Shown one piece after another: positions 1 through 10,446 of a stretch of 64,000 nt of DNA (the stretch's first letter is position 1; each line of letters starts with the position of its first letter). The notes under the pieces were generated by a model. That model was not told where the DNA came from, searched no databases, and saw only the letters and a list, made by a program, of their open reading frames with translations. Source of the DNA: Bacteroidales bacterium (lineage in GTDB: Bacteria > Bacteroidota > Bacteroidia > Bacteroidales > PUMT01); NCBI GenBank assembly GCA_007132225.1, contig SLPB01000001.1:1698-65697 (forward strand). The letters are read 5' to 3'. A program made the position numbers and the translations under genes.

Positions 1-672
1 TTCAGTTGCAAGTCTGGAATTGAAAACATCATGCCGGGCAGAGGTAAGTCCATTGCTTCCCATTCCTCCGTTATACTGGTTTTCATAAATTGCTTTCCCA
101 AAGGAAGCCAGTCCCACTATCACATCCCCGGCAGCAATTTTCCGGTTGGTTATAACATCTGCACGTTTCATTCTGCAGGTGACCGTGGAATCAACTATAA
201 TGGTTCTAACCAGATCACCTACATCCGCTGTTTCTCCCCCGGTTGAATATACATTTACCCCCTGCTCACGCAAATTTTGAAGAAATTCTTCTGTTCCATC
301 AATAATTGCAGTTATAACATCACCAGGAATATGGTTTTTATTTCTGCCAATGGTCGAGGATAAAAGAATGTTGTCGGTGGCACCTGTACAAAGCAAGTCA
401 TCAATATTCATTACAACTGCATCCTGGGCTATACCTTTCCATACCGATATATCACCTGTTTCTTTCCAGTAGATATAAGCCAGCGATGATTTTGTGCCGG
501 CACCGTCAGCATGCATTATATTACAATAGCTGTCATCACCTCCGAGAATATCAGGTATTACTTTGCAGAAAGCTCCGGGATAGAGCCCTTTATCAGTTTT
601 TTTTATGGCCGCGTGTACGTCTTCCTTCGAAGCTGAAACACCTCTTTGTTGATACCGGGATTTGTGTGACAT
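1..672 (-). CDS. purM: PurM-family AIR synthase (phosphoribosylformylglycinamidine cyclo-ligase-like), first 224 codons; the gene runs off the left edge
   Basis: Absent from the ORF track because there is no stop in the window. My minus-strand translation from the ATG at 672-670 is MSHKSRYQQRGVSASKEDVHAAIKKTDKGLYPGAFCKVIPD..IMHADGAGTKSSLAY..VMNIDDLLCTGA..STGGETADVGD..GDVIVGLAS, open to position 1. The motif order matches PurM (DGxGTK, NDL..GA, GGETA). Confidence 0.7.
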   Translation of the reverse strand, partial: MSHKSRYQQRGVSASKEDVHAAIKKTDKGLYPGAFCKVIPDILGGDDSYCNIMHADGAGTKSSLAYIYWKETGDISVWKGIAQDAVVMNIDDLLCTGATDNILLSSTIGRNKNHIPGDVITAIIDGTEEFLQNLREQGVNVYSTGGETADVGDLVRTIIVDSTVTCRMKRADVITNRKIAAGDVIVGLASFGKAIYENQYNGGMGSNGLTSARHDVFNSRLATE

Positions 673-696
673 ACCATTTTGATTATATTACATCCA

Positions 697-2238
697 CTAT
701 TTCAATATTACGGGATTTTTTTTCCATTTCAAAGTATACAGGTCAGTTCTCCGGTCTTTAAGGTTCCTTACCGAACCATTAGCGTGCAACTCCTTGAGAA
801 GGTCCAGGTTGACGTCGGCAATTACCGTCATCTCCGTATTTGGAGTTGCTTCACTTACAATGGCAGTGGTAGGAAAAGCAAAATCCGAAGGTGAAAAAAC
901 AGCCGACTGCGCATATTGGATATCCATGTTGTTAACCTTTGGAAGGTTGCCCACCCCCCCGGCAATGGCAACATAACATTCGTTTTCAATTGCCCGTGCC
1001 TGTGCACAAAGCCTTACCCTGTTATATCCGTTTTGTGTATCGGTGACAAAGGGAATAAACAAAATTTCCATTCCCTGCTCAGCCATAATCCGTCCCAGTT
1101 CGGGGAACTCAACATCATAACATATCAATACCCCTATCTTTCCTGAATCGGTATCAAATACCTTTATACTGTCTCCCCCACTGAATCCCCAGCTTGTGAA
1201 TTCGCTCGAAGTAATATGTATTTTGTATTGCATATCCCATGAACCATCCCGCCGGCAAAGATAAGCGACATTAAAGAGCTTGTCATCGTAATAAAGCGGC
1301 AGACTGCCGCATATTATGTTCACATTGTATGAAATAGCGAACTCAATACATTTGGCCCTTATCGGTTCAGTGTAATTGGCCAGTGCCCTCATAGCATCAT
1401 ATTCGGAGAGGTGATTGTATTTTGCCATGAGGGGTGCATTGAAAAACTCCGGGAAAAGAATAAAGTCACTCTGATAATCACTTACAGCATCAATAAAAAA
1501 CTCCATCTGCTCGATAAGGGCATCCATCGAGGGAAGATGCCTCATCTGCCATTGCACCAGTCCCAGCCTGACAACAGATTTTTTCCTTCCGATGGCCTTT
1601 TCTTTTTCCTCATAGTATATATTGTTCCATTCAAGGAGTGTAGCAAAAGTTTTTGATTCGCTGTCGCTGGGCAGATAATTCCGGAGAATTTTTTTGACGT
1701 GGAAATTATTTGAAATCTGAAAAGTGAGAATCGGATCGTACACTTCCCTGTTTTCAACCTTTTCAATGTATTGCTTGGGTGTGTATTCTTCGGCATAATC
1801 CTGGTAGCCGGGAATGCGCCCTCCTGCAACAATCGCACGGAGGTTCAGATTCTCACACAGTTCCTTGCGGGCATCATACAATCTCCGTCCCAGCCGCATA
1901 TTCCGGTAATCGGGATGGACAAAAACATCCACCCCATAAAGAACATCCCCCATAGGATCATGGGTGTTGAATTTTTCATTGCCGGTAATCTGCTGATAAG
2001 TGTGAGAATCCCCAAACTTACTATAATCCACTATTATTGACAAGGCACATGCAACAACTTTTCCGTTGACCTCAACACATATCTGTCCTTCCGGAAAAAG
2101 ATTCATAAGCTTTTTTATCTGAGAATACTTCCATGGAGCCTCACCTATGCCGGAGTAGGCAAATTTCATTGCCTCAGCTATATCACTATAATCTTTTAAA
2201 TTAAGATTTCTTAGAACAACGGTGGTATCTTTGCTCAT
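697..2238 (-). CDS. Bifunctional GNAT N-acetyltransferase / carbon-nitrogen hydrolase (nitrilase superfamily) fusion protein
   Basis: 513-aa ORF. The N-terminal ~170 aa are GNAT-like ('VFVHPDYRNMRLGRRLYDARKE'). The C-terminal ~290 aa carry E-K-C triad contexts typical of CN hydrolases ('ILFPEFF', 'YKIHIT', 'GVLICYDVEFPE'). The stop lies 24 nt upstream of the purM-like start on the same strand. Confidence 0.8.
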   Translation of the reverse strand: MSKDTTVVLRNLNLKDYSDIAEAMKFAYSGIGEAPWKYSQIKKLMNLFPEGQICVEVNGKVVACALSIIVDYSKFGDSHTYQQITGNEKFNTHDPMGDVLYGVDVFVHPDYRNMRLGRRLYDARKELCENLNLRAIVAGGRIPGYQDYAEEYTPKQYIEKVENREVYDPILTFQISNNFHVKKILRNYLPSDSESKTFATLLEWNNIYYEEKEKAIGRKKSVVRLGLVQWQMRHLPSMDALIEQMEFFIDAVSDYQSDFILFPEFFNAPLMAKYNHLSEYDAMRALANYTEPIRAKCIEFAISYNVNIICGSLPLYYDDKLFNVAYLCRRDGSWDMQYKIHITSSEFTSWGFSGGDSIKVFDTDSGKIGVLICYDVEFPELGRIMAEQGMEILFIPFVTDTQNGYNRVRLCAQARAIENECYVAIAGGVGNLPKVNNMDIQYAQSAVFSPSDFAFPTTAIVSEATPNTEMTVIADVNLDLLKELHANGSVRNLKDRRTDLYTLKWKKNPVILK

Positions 2239-2622
2239 AAACTTATTTTATAATCAGGTTTAAAATGTTTATCACTCATTTTTCAGCCGATTTGCAAAGA
2301 TAATAAATTGATGCCATAAATTTTACGGTGGTAATACCTGAGGCCGTCTTGCAACATCTTCTTTATTTGAAAAACCAGGACCAGCCATACAAGAAGATTT
2401 TAAATCATTCTTTAAAACATTACCTGCCCTGATCAACCAGGATGTTTTTTACTCCCCCATCTTAGTTGCATTATCTTTTTTTACTATTCCGGAATCGCCC
2501 GTTTCACTTTTTTTTGATGATCCAACCCACTTACTTCTGTTTTTATTTGAGCTTTCATATATTTTAGTTTTATTTGCAACTTTTATAACTAATCGGTTTT
2601 TCATACCAAATAATCCTCATCC

Positions 2623-4014
2623 ATGAAAAATAAATATATTGATCTGATCAATCAGACATTTGAATTTCCACAAAAGGAATTCAGAATTGATGAAAACGAA
2701 CTATACTTCAACGACATCCCGCTTATGGATATCATTAAGCAATACGGCACACCACTAAAGATAACCTATCTTCCCAAGATCACTCAGCAGATACAGCAGG
2801 CCAAAAAATGGTTCAATGTAGCAATAGCAAGATCCGACTATAATGGTGAATATCATTATAGTTACTGCACCAAAAGTTCACATTTCTCATTTGTACTGGA
2901 AAAAGTACTGGAAAACGATGTACATCTTGAAACCTCTTCAGCATTCGATATCAGCATTATTGAAGAGTTATACCAGACCGGGAAGATCAAAAAGGATATA
3001 TTTATAGTATGTAACGGGTTCAAACGACCTCAATATGTAGAAAATATTGCTGCACTAATAAACGAAGGATTCTCCAACACCATCCCCGTACTGGATAATA
3101 AATCCGAGCTTGATCAGCTAAACAGCCTGATAAATAAAAAATACAAGGTTGGCATAAGGATCGCCGCTGAAGAGGAACCTAAATTTGAGTTCTATACTTC
3201 GAGGCTTGGCATCCGTTATAATGACATTGTATCGTTTTACCAGGAAAAAATAAAGTCCAATCCGAATTTAGAGCTGAAGATGCTTCACTTTTTTATCAAT
3301 ACCGGTATAGGTGATAATGCATATTACTGGAACGAACTTTCAAAATGCGTAGATGTCTATTGTGAACTTAAAAAAATTTGTCCGGAGCTGGACTCTTTGA
3401 ATATTGGAGGCGGGTTTCCAATTAAAAATTCATTATCATTTAATTATGAATATGAATATATGGCTGAAGAGATCATTGCTCAGATAAAAAGTGTATGTGA
3501 GCGCAATAAAATACCAGAACCGGACATATTTACTGAATTCGGATCTTATACAGTTGGAGAAAGCAGCGCTGTTCTTTATTCAATTCTTGGACAAAAACGA
3601 CAGAATGACCGTGAAATATGGAATATGATTGACTCATCTTTCATGACAACTCTTCCCGATACCTGGGCATTAAACAAAAGATTTATCCTGCTGGCAATAA
3701 ATAACTGGGAAGAAGAATACGAAAGGGTTTTTCTGGGTGGACTCACATGTGACAGTGAAGATTATTATAACTCCGAAACCCATGCGAATGCAATCTTTCT
3801 GCCAAAAATAAAAGTTGACACGCCCCAGTATATCGGACTCTTCCACACAGGTGCCTATCAGGAATCAATCGGGGGTTACGGAGGTATCCAGCACTGCCTG
3901 ATCCCTGCCCCAAAACATATCATCATAGACCTTGATGAAAACGGGGAAATAACCACCAAGCTTTTTGCAAAGGAACAGAGCCATAAATCAATGTTGAAAA
4001 TTCTTGGGTATTAA
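2623..4014 (+). CDS. speA: Fold-type III PLP-dependent decarboxylase, probable arginine decarboxylase
   Basis: 463 aa. It has a PLP-lysine context 'YCTKSS', a 'NIGGGFPI' glycine loop and 'EFGSYTV'. It sits directly upstream of agmatinase in an apparent operon. Confidence 0.7.
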   Translation: MKNKYIDLINQTFEFPQKEFRIDENELYFNDIPLMDIIKQYGTPLKITYLPKITQQIQQAKKWFNVAIARSDYNGEYHYSYCTKSSHFSFVLEKVLENDVHLETSSAFDISIIEELYQTGKIKKDIFIVCNGFKRPQYVENIAALINEGFSNTIPVLDNKSELDQLNSLINKKYKVGIRIAAEEEPKFEFYTSRLGIRYNDIVSFYQEKIKSNPNLELKMLHFFINTGIGDNAYYWNELSKCVDVYCELKKICPELDSLNIGGGFPIKNSLSFNYEYEYMAEEIIAQIKSVCERNKIPEPDIFTEFGSYTVGESSAVLYSILGQKRQNDREIWNMIDSSFMTTLPDTWALNKRFILLAINNWEEEYERVFLGGLTCDSEDYYNSETHANAIFLPKIKVDTPQYIGLFHTGAYQESIGGYGGIQHCLIPAPKHIIIDLDENGEITTKLFAKEQSHKSMLKILGY

Positions 4015-4059
4015 ATGCTAAATTCTGAAATTTACAAAACAAACTGAAAACACGACAGC

Positions 4060-4905
4060 ATGATAAATTATGGCGGCATAGACCCTGAATATTCCTCAGA
4101 GAGCAGTTCATCCATAGTCATAATACCGGTCCCCTATGATGGAACAAGTACATGGATGAAAGGAGCTGATAAGGGTCCTGAGGCTATCCTTGAAGCTTCA
4201 GGGAACATGGAGCTTTATGATATTGAAACGGATTCTGAAATATATCGCAGTGGAATATATACAGCTGAAGCGGTAAAAGAAAAGACAAGTCCTGAAAAGA
4301 TGGCCGGGGCAGTGTTTGAAAAAGTATCCGGTTTTCTTGAAAAAGGCAAGTTCCCGGTTGTAATAGGGGGCGAGCATTCAGTTACAATTGGCAGTATTCA
4401 GGCATTTGCAGAACATTATCCCGGCCTTTCAGTTTTGCAGCTTGACGCACACAGTGATCTGAGGAATGAATATCAGGGGTCCGGAAACAATCATGCATGT
4501 GTAATGGCCCGTGCCAGGGAAGTTGCAACTGTCGTACAGGTTGGTATAAGATCATTCGACAAGGAAGAATTATCAGATCTCGATATGGCAAGGGTATTTT
4601 TTGCTCACCAGATTCATAATAATAATGACTGGATGGATGAAGCCACAGAAATGCTTTCCGACAATGTCTATATAACAATTGATCTTGATGTCTTTGATCC
4701 CTCCATTATGCCATCCACCGGGACTCCGGAGCCCGGGGGAATGGGCTGGTATCAGAGTCTTTCTTTTCTGGAAAAAGTCATTTCCCGGAAAAACATGGTG
4801 GGATTCGACGTGGTTGAACTTTGCCCCTTACCATCAAACAAGGCCCCTGATTTTATGGCGGCTAAGCTAATCTACAAACTACTGAGCATGAAATTCAAAA
4901 AATGA
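4060..4905 (+). CDS. speB: Agmatinase (ureohydrolase family)
   Basis: 281 aa with the Mn-binding ureohydrolase motifs 'GGEHSVT', 'LDAHSDL' and 'ITIDLDVFDPS'. Confidence 0.85.
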   Translation: MINYGGIDPEYSSESSSSIVIIPVPYDGTSTWMKGADKGPEAILEASGNMELYDIETDSEIYRSGIYTAEAVKEKTSPEKMAGAVFEKVSGFLEKGKFPVVIGGEHSVTIGSIQAFAEHYPGLSVLQLDAHSDLRNEYQGSGNNHACVMARAREVATVVQVGIRSFDKEELSDLDMARVFFAHQIHNNNDWMDEATEMLSDNVYITIDLDVFDPSIMPSTGTPEPGGMGWYQSLSFLEKVISRKNMVGFDVVELCPLPSNKAPDFMAAKLIYKLLSMKFKK

Positions 4906-4962
4906 CCGGTTATTTAAAGGTCACATTAACCAAATACAATCAATAATAAAACTTATCTAAAA

Positions 4963-5982
4963 ATGGAGAAAAAAGATTTCCTGAAAGATCCGGTGAAACA
5001 TATAGATATAAAGTCGTTTGATTCAACAAAAATAATTGAAGCAATGCGTGACATGTCCTTTACATCACGGGAAACTTCTTTAGCGGCGGATATTTACACA
5101 AAAATGCTTCGGGAGGATGACTGTTCCATAATACTTACCCTTGCAGGAAGTACAAGTGCAGCAGGTTGCATGCAGGTATATGTTGATATGGTAAAATGCA
5201 ATATGATTGATGCCATTGTTGCCTCCGGTGCATCGATAGTTGATATGGACTTTTTTGAGGCACTGGGATTTAGACACTATAAAGGATCACCTGATGCCGA
5301 CGATAAAAAGTTAAGGGCTCTTTATATAGACCGGATTTACGACACCTATATTGATGAAGAAGAGCTGCAGGCCTGCGATTTCACAATCAAAGAAATAGCC
5401 GACCAGATGAAGCCGGGAGCCTATTCCTCCAGAGAATTCATAAAGGAGATGGGTAAATACCTGGTTGACAATGCAAAAAAGAAAGACTCCCTGGTACAGG
5501 TATGTTACGAGCATAATGTACCCATATTCTGTCCTGCTTTTACAGATAGCAGTGCGGGATTCGGACTGGTAAAGCACCAGTTTGAAAATCCACAGCAGCA
5601 CATTACAATCGACTCCGTCAAGGATTTTCTTGAACTGACAAAAATAAAAATGGCAGCTGCTTCAACGGGACTGTTCATGATCGGCGGCGGAGTACCAAAA
5701 AATTTCACACAGGACACAGTCATATGTGCCGAAATACTGGGGACTGATGTGGAAATGCACAAATACGCAATACAGATAACCGTTGCCGATGCGAGGGATG
5801 GAGGCTGCTCGGGTTCAACATTGAAAGAAGCGGCCTCATGGGGTAAGGTGGATACCGTTTATGAGCAGATGGTATATGCCGAAGCATCATCCGTATTGCC
5901 ACTTATAGCAAGCTATCTGTATCATAAAGGTGACTGGCGCAAACGGTCAAAAAAAGAGTGGTCGGCTATATATAACGGATAA
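4963..5982 (+). CDS. Deoxyhypusine synthase family protein (bacterial DHS-like; candidate homospermidine synthase)
   Basis: 339 aa with 'GGGVPKNF' and the overall DHS layout. It is the third gene of the speA-speB operon, with short gaps of 45 and 57 nt. Confidence 0.75.
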   Translation: MEKKDFLKDPVKHIDIKSFDSTKIIEAMRDMSFTSRETSLAADIYTKMLREDDCSIILTLAGSTSAAGCMQVYVDMVKCNMIDAIVASGASIVDMDFFEALGFRHYKGSPDADDKKLRALYIDRIYDTYIDEEELQACDFTIKEIADQMKPGAYSSREFIKEMGKYLVDNAKKKDSLVQVCYEHNVPIFCPAFTDSSAGFGLVKHQFENPQQHITIDSVKDFLELTKIKMAAASTGLFMIGGGVPKNFTQDTVICAEILGTDVEMHKYAIQITVADARDGGCSGSTLKEAASWGKVDTVYEQMVYAEASSVLPLIASYLYHKGDWRKRSKKEWSAIYNG

Positions 5983-6054
5983 GGGTTCATTCCTGATATT
6001 TATGCAGCCAGGCCATTTATTTGATTCAGCCAGGTGTTTATTCAAATACTTTTT

Positions 6055-8022
6055 TTACTGGTAATCAGCAGAAAGCACTTCAAATTCTGTGCGCCTGTTA
6101 ATCTGGTGGGCAGTCTCCCTCTGCTCCTCTGATTCAAGTGTTTCAATAAACTCCTCTGTAAGTATGGTTCCGGCTGGCAAAAAAGGATATGAAGAAGCTA
6201 TACGTTCATCAACAATCCGGGGACGTGATTTACCATAACCCGCAGCAACAAGCCTGTCTGCCGGTATACCATTATCAATAAGGTAGTTGACCACGGACTG
6301 TGCCCGGTTCTGAGACAACTCCATATTGAATCGGGCTCCGCCTCTTGAGTCGGTATGTGAAGCAAGTTCAATGGTAACGTGCTGGTTATTGTTCAGGGTC
6401 TCCACAAGTCCGTCGAGAGCAACCATTGATTCCGGCCTCAGCTCCCAGCTGGCAAAGTCATACAGAATATTAGGCAGCTCAATTGGTTTTTCAAAGGATT
6501 GAATATCTATGGTAATGGAAAAATCGGTGCTCCTGTCATGGCCCCTGGTGGTAACTCCTCTTTTATCTGTCAGGTATCCCTCTTTGGAAGCAAGAAACAC
6601 ATAATCCACATCCGGCCTCAGCATAAAACGAAACTGTCCGCTTTCCCCGGTATCAACTTCAAGTATGGTTCCGTCACTGCCAACCATTTTAACTGTTGAT
6701 CCTGGAACAACCTGGTCGCTGTCAGTATCCTTAACTTTGCCATCGACGTTAAAATACAGGGGAGGGAGATAAAAGGAGTAGATATTATCTGTACTTCTCA
6801 GGCCCCTGTTGGAAGTAAAATAGCCTCTTTCAACCTCTTTTTCAAAAACAATACCAAAATCATCGGCAGGAGAATTTATGGGATAACCCATATTTTCAAT
6901 TTCCCATTCCCCGTTGTCAGACCGTACAGCTTTAAAAACATCCAGTCCCCCCATTCCGGGATGACCGTTGGAGGAAAAATAAAGTGTGCCGTCATAATGA
7001 ACATAAGGGAAAACCTCATCCCCCTTGGTATTAATCTCAGGGCCAAGATTAACCGGCTCTCCCCAGGGAGAGTTCTTATTATTGCGGGTTACTTTCCATA
7101 AATCTTTTCCGCCAACACCCCCGGGCATATCAGAAACAAAATAGAGAGTGAGGTTATCCGGTGAAATGGCAGGATGGGCAGCAACAAGTGTATCGGGTGC
7201 AAGGTCAATTAATTCAGGTCGCCCCCAGCGGCCGCCGCTTCTGGTAGTTTGATAAATCTGACAACCGTTTGATCTGCGGCGTAAGGCTTTGCAACTTGTA
7301 AAATACATTACGGTATAATCCGAAGAAAGAGCTGGTGTTCCCTCCTCAAATTCAGAATTAATGCCATCAAGAGGTTTCGGGGCACTCCATCGGCCCTGCC
7401 TGTCCCTGGTGGATTCATAAATATCGGAAAAATACCCTCCGGTAGCACCGTGCCGTCTATTATTACTGCCTTCACGAGATGATGTAAAATAAACCAGGGT
7501 ATAATCTTCATTTGCAAAAGCAGGGGAATAATCACTTTCCCTTGAATTAAAGAAATTCACCTCTGTAATTTCATAAGGAGTAGGATTATCCATTAAATAC
7601 ATTGCAAGTTTAGATGATTTAACACCAATTTCCCCGCGCGGATCTCCCGGAACAAGGCTCTGGTATATTTCAAATTGTTCAATGGCCTCTTCATACTTTT
7701 CATTCATCTTAAGAGCCTCACCGTAATACCAGTACACTTCAGGGTTATCATAATTCCGGTTTATTGCCCTTCTGAACCATCCTTCAGTCTGCCGGAAATC
7801 AGAAACTTTCATATAACACTTAGCTATCAGGAAAACTATTTCGCTTCGCAAATCCCTGTCATTAACAGCTGCATAGGCATCTTTATATAAATTTATTGCC
7901 TCGTAGTATTCTCCTGCACTATAAGCACGTTCGGCTCTCTCAAGCCGCCGTGACTGGCCATGAACTTCTGTTAACAGGAATGATACAATGAATATTGCCG
8001 CAAGGGTGAAGCAGATCCTCAT
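6055..8022 (-). CDS. OmpA-family outer-membrane protein with TPR, PD40/TolB-like beta-propeller repeats and a C-terminal OmpA domain
   Basis: The ORF track gives 6055..8046 with a TTG start. The ATG at 8022 gives the signal peptide MRICFTLAAIFIVSFLL. TPR-like repeats occupy the N-terminus, followed by repeated 'YFTS/YFSS..G..D(I/L)' PD40 units. The C-terminal OmpA motif is 'ELASHTDSRG..FNMELSQNRAQSV'. Confidence 0.8.
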   Translation of the reverse strand: MRICFTLAAIFIVSFLLTEVHGQSRRLERAERAYSAGEYYEAINLYKDAYAAVNDRDLRSEIVFLIAKCYMKVSDFRQTEGWFRRAINRNYDNPEVYWYYGEALKMNEKYEEAIEQFEIYQSLVPGDPRGEIGVKSSKLAMYLMDNPTPYEITEVNFFNSRESDYSPAFANEDYTLVYFTSSREGSNNRRHGATGGYFSDIYESTRDRQGRWSAPKPLDGINSEFEEGTPALSSDYTVMYFTSCKALRRRSNGCQIYQTTRSGGRWGRPELIDLAPDTLVAAHPAISPDNLTLYFVSDMPGGVGGKDLWKVTRNNKNSPWGEPVNLGPEINTKGDEVFPYVHYDGTLYFSSNGHPGMGGLDVFKAVRSDNGEWEIENMGYPINSPADDFGIVFEKEVERGYFTSNRGLRSTDNIYSFYLPPLYFNVDGKVKDTDSDQVVPGSTVKMVGSDGTILEVDTGESGQFRFMLRPDVDYVFLASKEGYLTDKRGVTTRGHDRSTDFSITIDIQSFEKPIELPNILYDFASWELRPESMVALDGLVETLNNNQHVTIELASHTDSRGGARFNMELSQNRAQSVVNYLIDNGIPADRLVAAGYGKSRPRIVDERIASSYPFLPAGTILTEEFIETLESEEQRETAHQINRRTEFEVLSADYQ

Positions 8023-8185
8023 CTTATTATAATTAGTGTTTGTCAACTATCTCTGCCTTCTGATTATGGTTGCAATACACAAAAGTAGAAATTTTTGATT
8101 CAAAACAAAACAATCCGGCACTCTCTAAAATCACCGGGCCCAATGGAGCAAATTTAAATGCGTGCTACCGTTATTACCCTTAAAA

Positions 8186-8219
8186 CAAACCCGGAACAGA
8201 AAATATTGTTCCGGGTTTG
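8186..8219 (-). terminator. Hairpin terminator downstream of glnA
   Basis: 13-bp stem caaacccggaaca / tgttccgggtttg with an 8-nt loop, 38 nt after the glnA stop. On the minus strand it is followed by the T-rich GTTTTAAGG. Confidence 0.5.
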
Positions 8220-8256
8220 CAAACATATGAAAAAAAAATAAATCTCAAATTGAAAT

Positions 8257-10446
8257 CTACCTTATAAAAAGCAATTCCCGGTATTTTGGCAACGGCCACA
8301 TCTCATCATCAACTATCATCTCCAAATGGTCAATCTGATAACGGATCTCATCAAGGTAAGGCTTGACTTCATTGGAATATTCCTTTGCTTTTTTGTCAAC
8401 CTCTTCAATAACATTTGCTTTTCTTCGTGCATCGATCATATTGTTAACCTTGATGTTGACCATTGCGGCACGACTTGATATCTCCCTGATTGATTCAAGC
8501 TGTGTGACAGAAAGTTTTTCATAATCACCATCGGAAAACACCTCCTTCAACCCTTTCACGTTCTCGATCAATACGTTCTGATAACGGTAAACTGTCGGAA
8601 GCACATGATTAATTGCCAGGTCACCAAGCACCCTGGACTCTATCTGTATTTTCTTGGTATACTTTTCCATTTCTATTTCCAGCCTTGCCTCAAGCTCATG
8701 CTCATTAAGCACTTTCATCTCAGTAAAAAGCTTTCTGGATTCAGGAGAAACAATAGCAGTTAATGCCTCCAATACATCATTAACATTGGTAAGACCTAGC
8801 TTTTCAGCTTCCTTTGCCCATTCTTCGGAATAATTATTCCCGTCAAAACGTACATTTTTTGCAGCAAGGGTAAATTTCTTAATTACCTGAAAAATTGCTT
8901 CATCTTTCTTAACACCACTCTCAATAAGCTTGTCAACCTCTCGTTTGAACTCGATTAATTGACTAGCAACAATAGTGTTTAACACCAGAAGAGGTGAGGC
9001 TACATTGATTGATGATCCTACTGCCCTGAATTCAAACCTGTTGCCAGTGAATGCAAATGGAGATGTGCGGTTCCGGTCTGTATTATCCGGCATTATTTCA
9101 GGGATATTACCCACATCAAGCTTAAGTTCAGTTTTTTCATCCGGACTCATCTTCCTGCCGGAAACCCTGGTTACAATTTCTTCCAGAATTTTATTCATTT
9201 CTTCGCCGAGAAATACCGACATAATGGCAGGAGGAGCTTCTGAAGCACCAAGCCTGTGTTCATTTCCAAGGGAAACAATGCTGGACCTGAGCAGATCCTG
9301 ATATTCATATACACCTTTGATCACCGCTACAAAAAAGGAAAGAAACAACATATTGGTCTTAGGTGTTTTACCGGGAGCAAAAAGGTTGATCCCGGTATTG
9401 GTAATAAGCGACCAGTTACAATGCTTTCCGGAGCCATTTACATCCTTATATGGCTTTTCATGGAACAAAACCTTGAAATTATGCTTTTTTGCAACCTTTT
9501 TCATAATGGTCATCAACAGCTGGTTATGATCTGTTGCCAGGTTTGCCTCTTCAAAAACAGGTGCACATTCATACTGATTTGGGGCAACCTCATTATGCCT
9601 TGTTTTAACAGGGATACCAAGCTTATACGCCTCTATTTCAAATTCATGCATAAAAGCAGTTACCCTCATAGGTATATATCCAAAATAATGATCAGAAAGC
9701 TGCTGGTCCTTCGCCGAGGAATGCCCCATCAGGGTGCGGTCTGTCAGTTTCAGATCAGGTCTGGCATTAAAAAGAGCATCATCAACAAGAAAGTATTCCT
9801 GTTCGCAACCCAATCCTACGGTTACTTTTGAGACGTTTTTATCAAAATAATTACAGAGACCGACCGCTGCTTTATTAACAGCTTCAAGTGATCTCAGCAA
9901 CGGAGTTTTGTAATCCAGGGAATCTCCCTTGAAAGAGATGTACACCGAGGGAATACTAAGGGTGTTTCCCATAATAAAAGCGGGAGAAGAGGGGTCCCAT
10001 GCGGTATACCCCCTGGCCTCAAAAGTATTTCTCATTCCGCCACTTGGCAGGCTCGAGGCATCAGGTTCCTGCTGAACCAGTTTGCCGCCGTCAAAATTTT
10101 CTATAACACTGGAATCACTGGCTGGTTCAAAGAAAGCATCGTGTTTCTCAGCTGTAGCACCGGTAAGAGGATGAAACCAATGTGTATAATGAGTCGCCCC
10201 CCTGTCAATTGCCCAGGCTTTCATCCCTGAAGCAATCTGGTTGGAAACCTTGCGGTCTACTTTTTCACCTTTACGTATGGCTTCCATTACGCTGTTATAT
10301 GCCTCCTGGGACAGGTATTCCTGCATTTTTTTCTTGGTGAATACATTGATCCCAAAATATTCTGAAGTTTTAACTGAAGGTGATTTAACCTCCATCGGCT
10401 GCCGGGAGGTAGCCTTTTCAACTGCCCTGAAACGAAGTGTGCTCAT
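8257..10446 (-). CDS. glnA: Glutamine synthetase type III (GSIII)
   Basis: The ORF is 749 aa. Starting at the internal Met (MSTLRFRAVEKATSRQPMEVKSP...) gives 729 aa, the classic Bacteroides GSIII length and N-terminus. The ORF-track start at 10506 is probably a spurious in-frame extension. Confidence 0.85.
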   Translation of the reverse strand: MSTLRFRAVEKATSRQPMEVKSPSVKTSEYFGINVFTKKKMQEYLSQEAYNSVMEAIRKGEKVDRKVSNQIASGMKAWAIDRGATHYTHWFHPLTGATAEKHDAFFEPASDSSVIENFDGGKLVQQEPDASSLPSGGMRNTFEARGYTAWDPSSPAFIMGNTLSIPSVYISFKGDSLDYKTPLLRSLEAVNKAAVGLCNYFDKNVSKVTVGLGCEQEYFLVDDALFNARPDLKLTDRTLMGHSSAKDQQLSDHYFGYIPMRVTAFMHEFEIEAYKLGIPVKTRHNEVAPNQYECAPVFEEANLATDHNQLLMTIMKKVAKKHNFKVLFHEKPYKDVNGSGKHCNWSLITNTGINLFAPGKTPKTNMLFLSFFVAVIKGVYEYQDLLRSSIVSLGNEHRLGASEAPPAIMSVFLGEEMNKILEEIVTRVSGRKMSPDEKTELKLDVGNIPEIMPDNTDRNRTSPFAFTGNRFEFRAVGSSINVASPLLVLNTIVASQLIEFKREVDKLIESGVKKDEAIFQVIKKFTLAAKNVRFDGNNYSEEWAKEAEKLGLTNVNDVLEALTAIVSPESRKLFTEMKVLNEHELEARLEIEMEKYTKKIQIESRVLGDLAINHVLPTVYRYQNVLIENVKGLKEVFSDGDYEKLSVTQLESIREISSRAAMVNIKVNNMIDARRKANVIEEVDKKAKEYSNEVKPYLDEIRYQIDHLEMIVDDEMWPLPKYRELLFIR

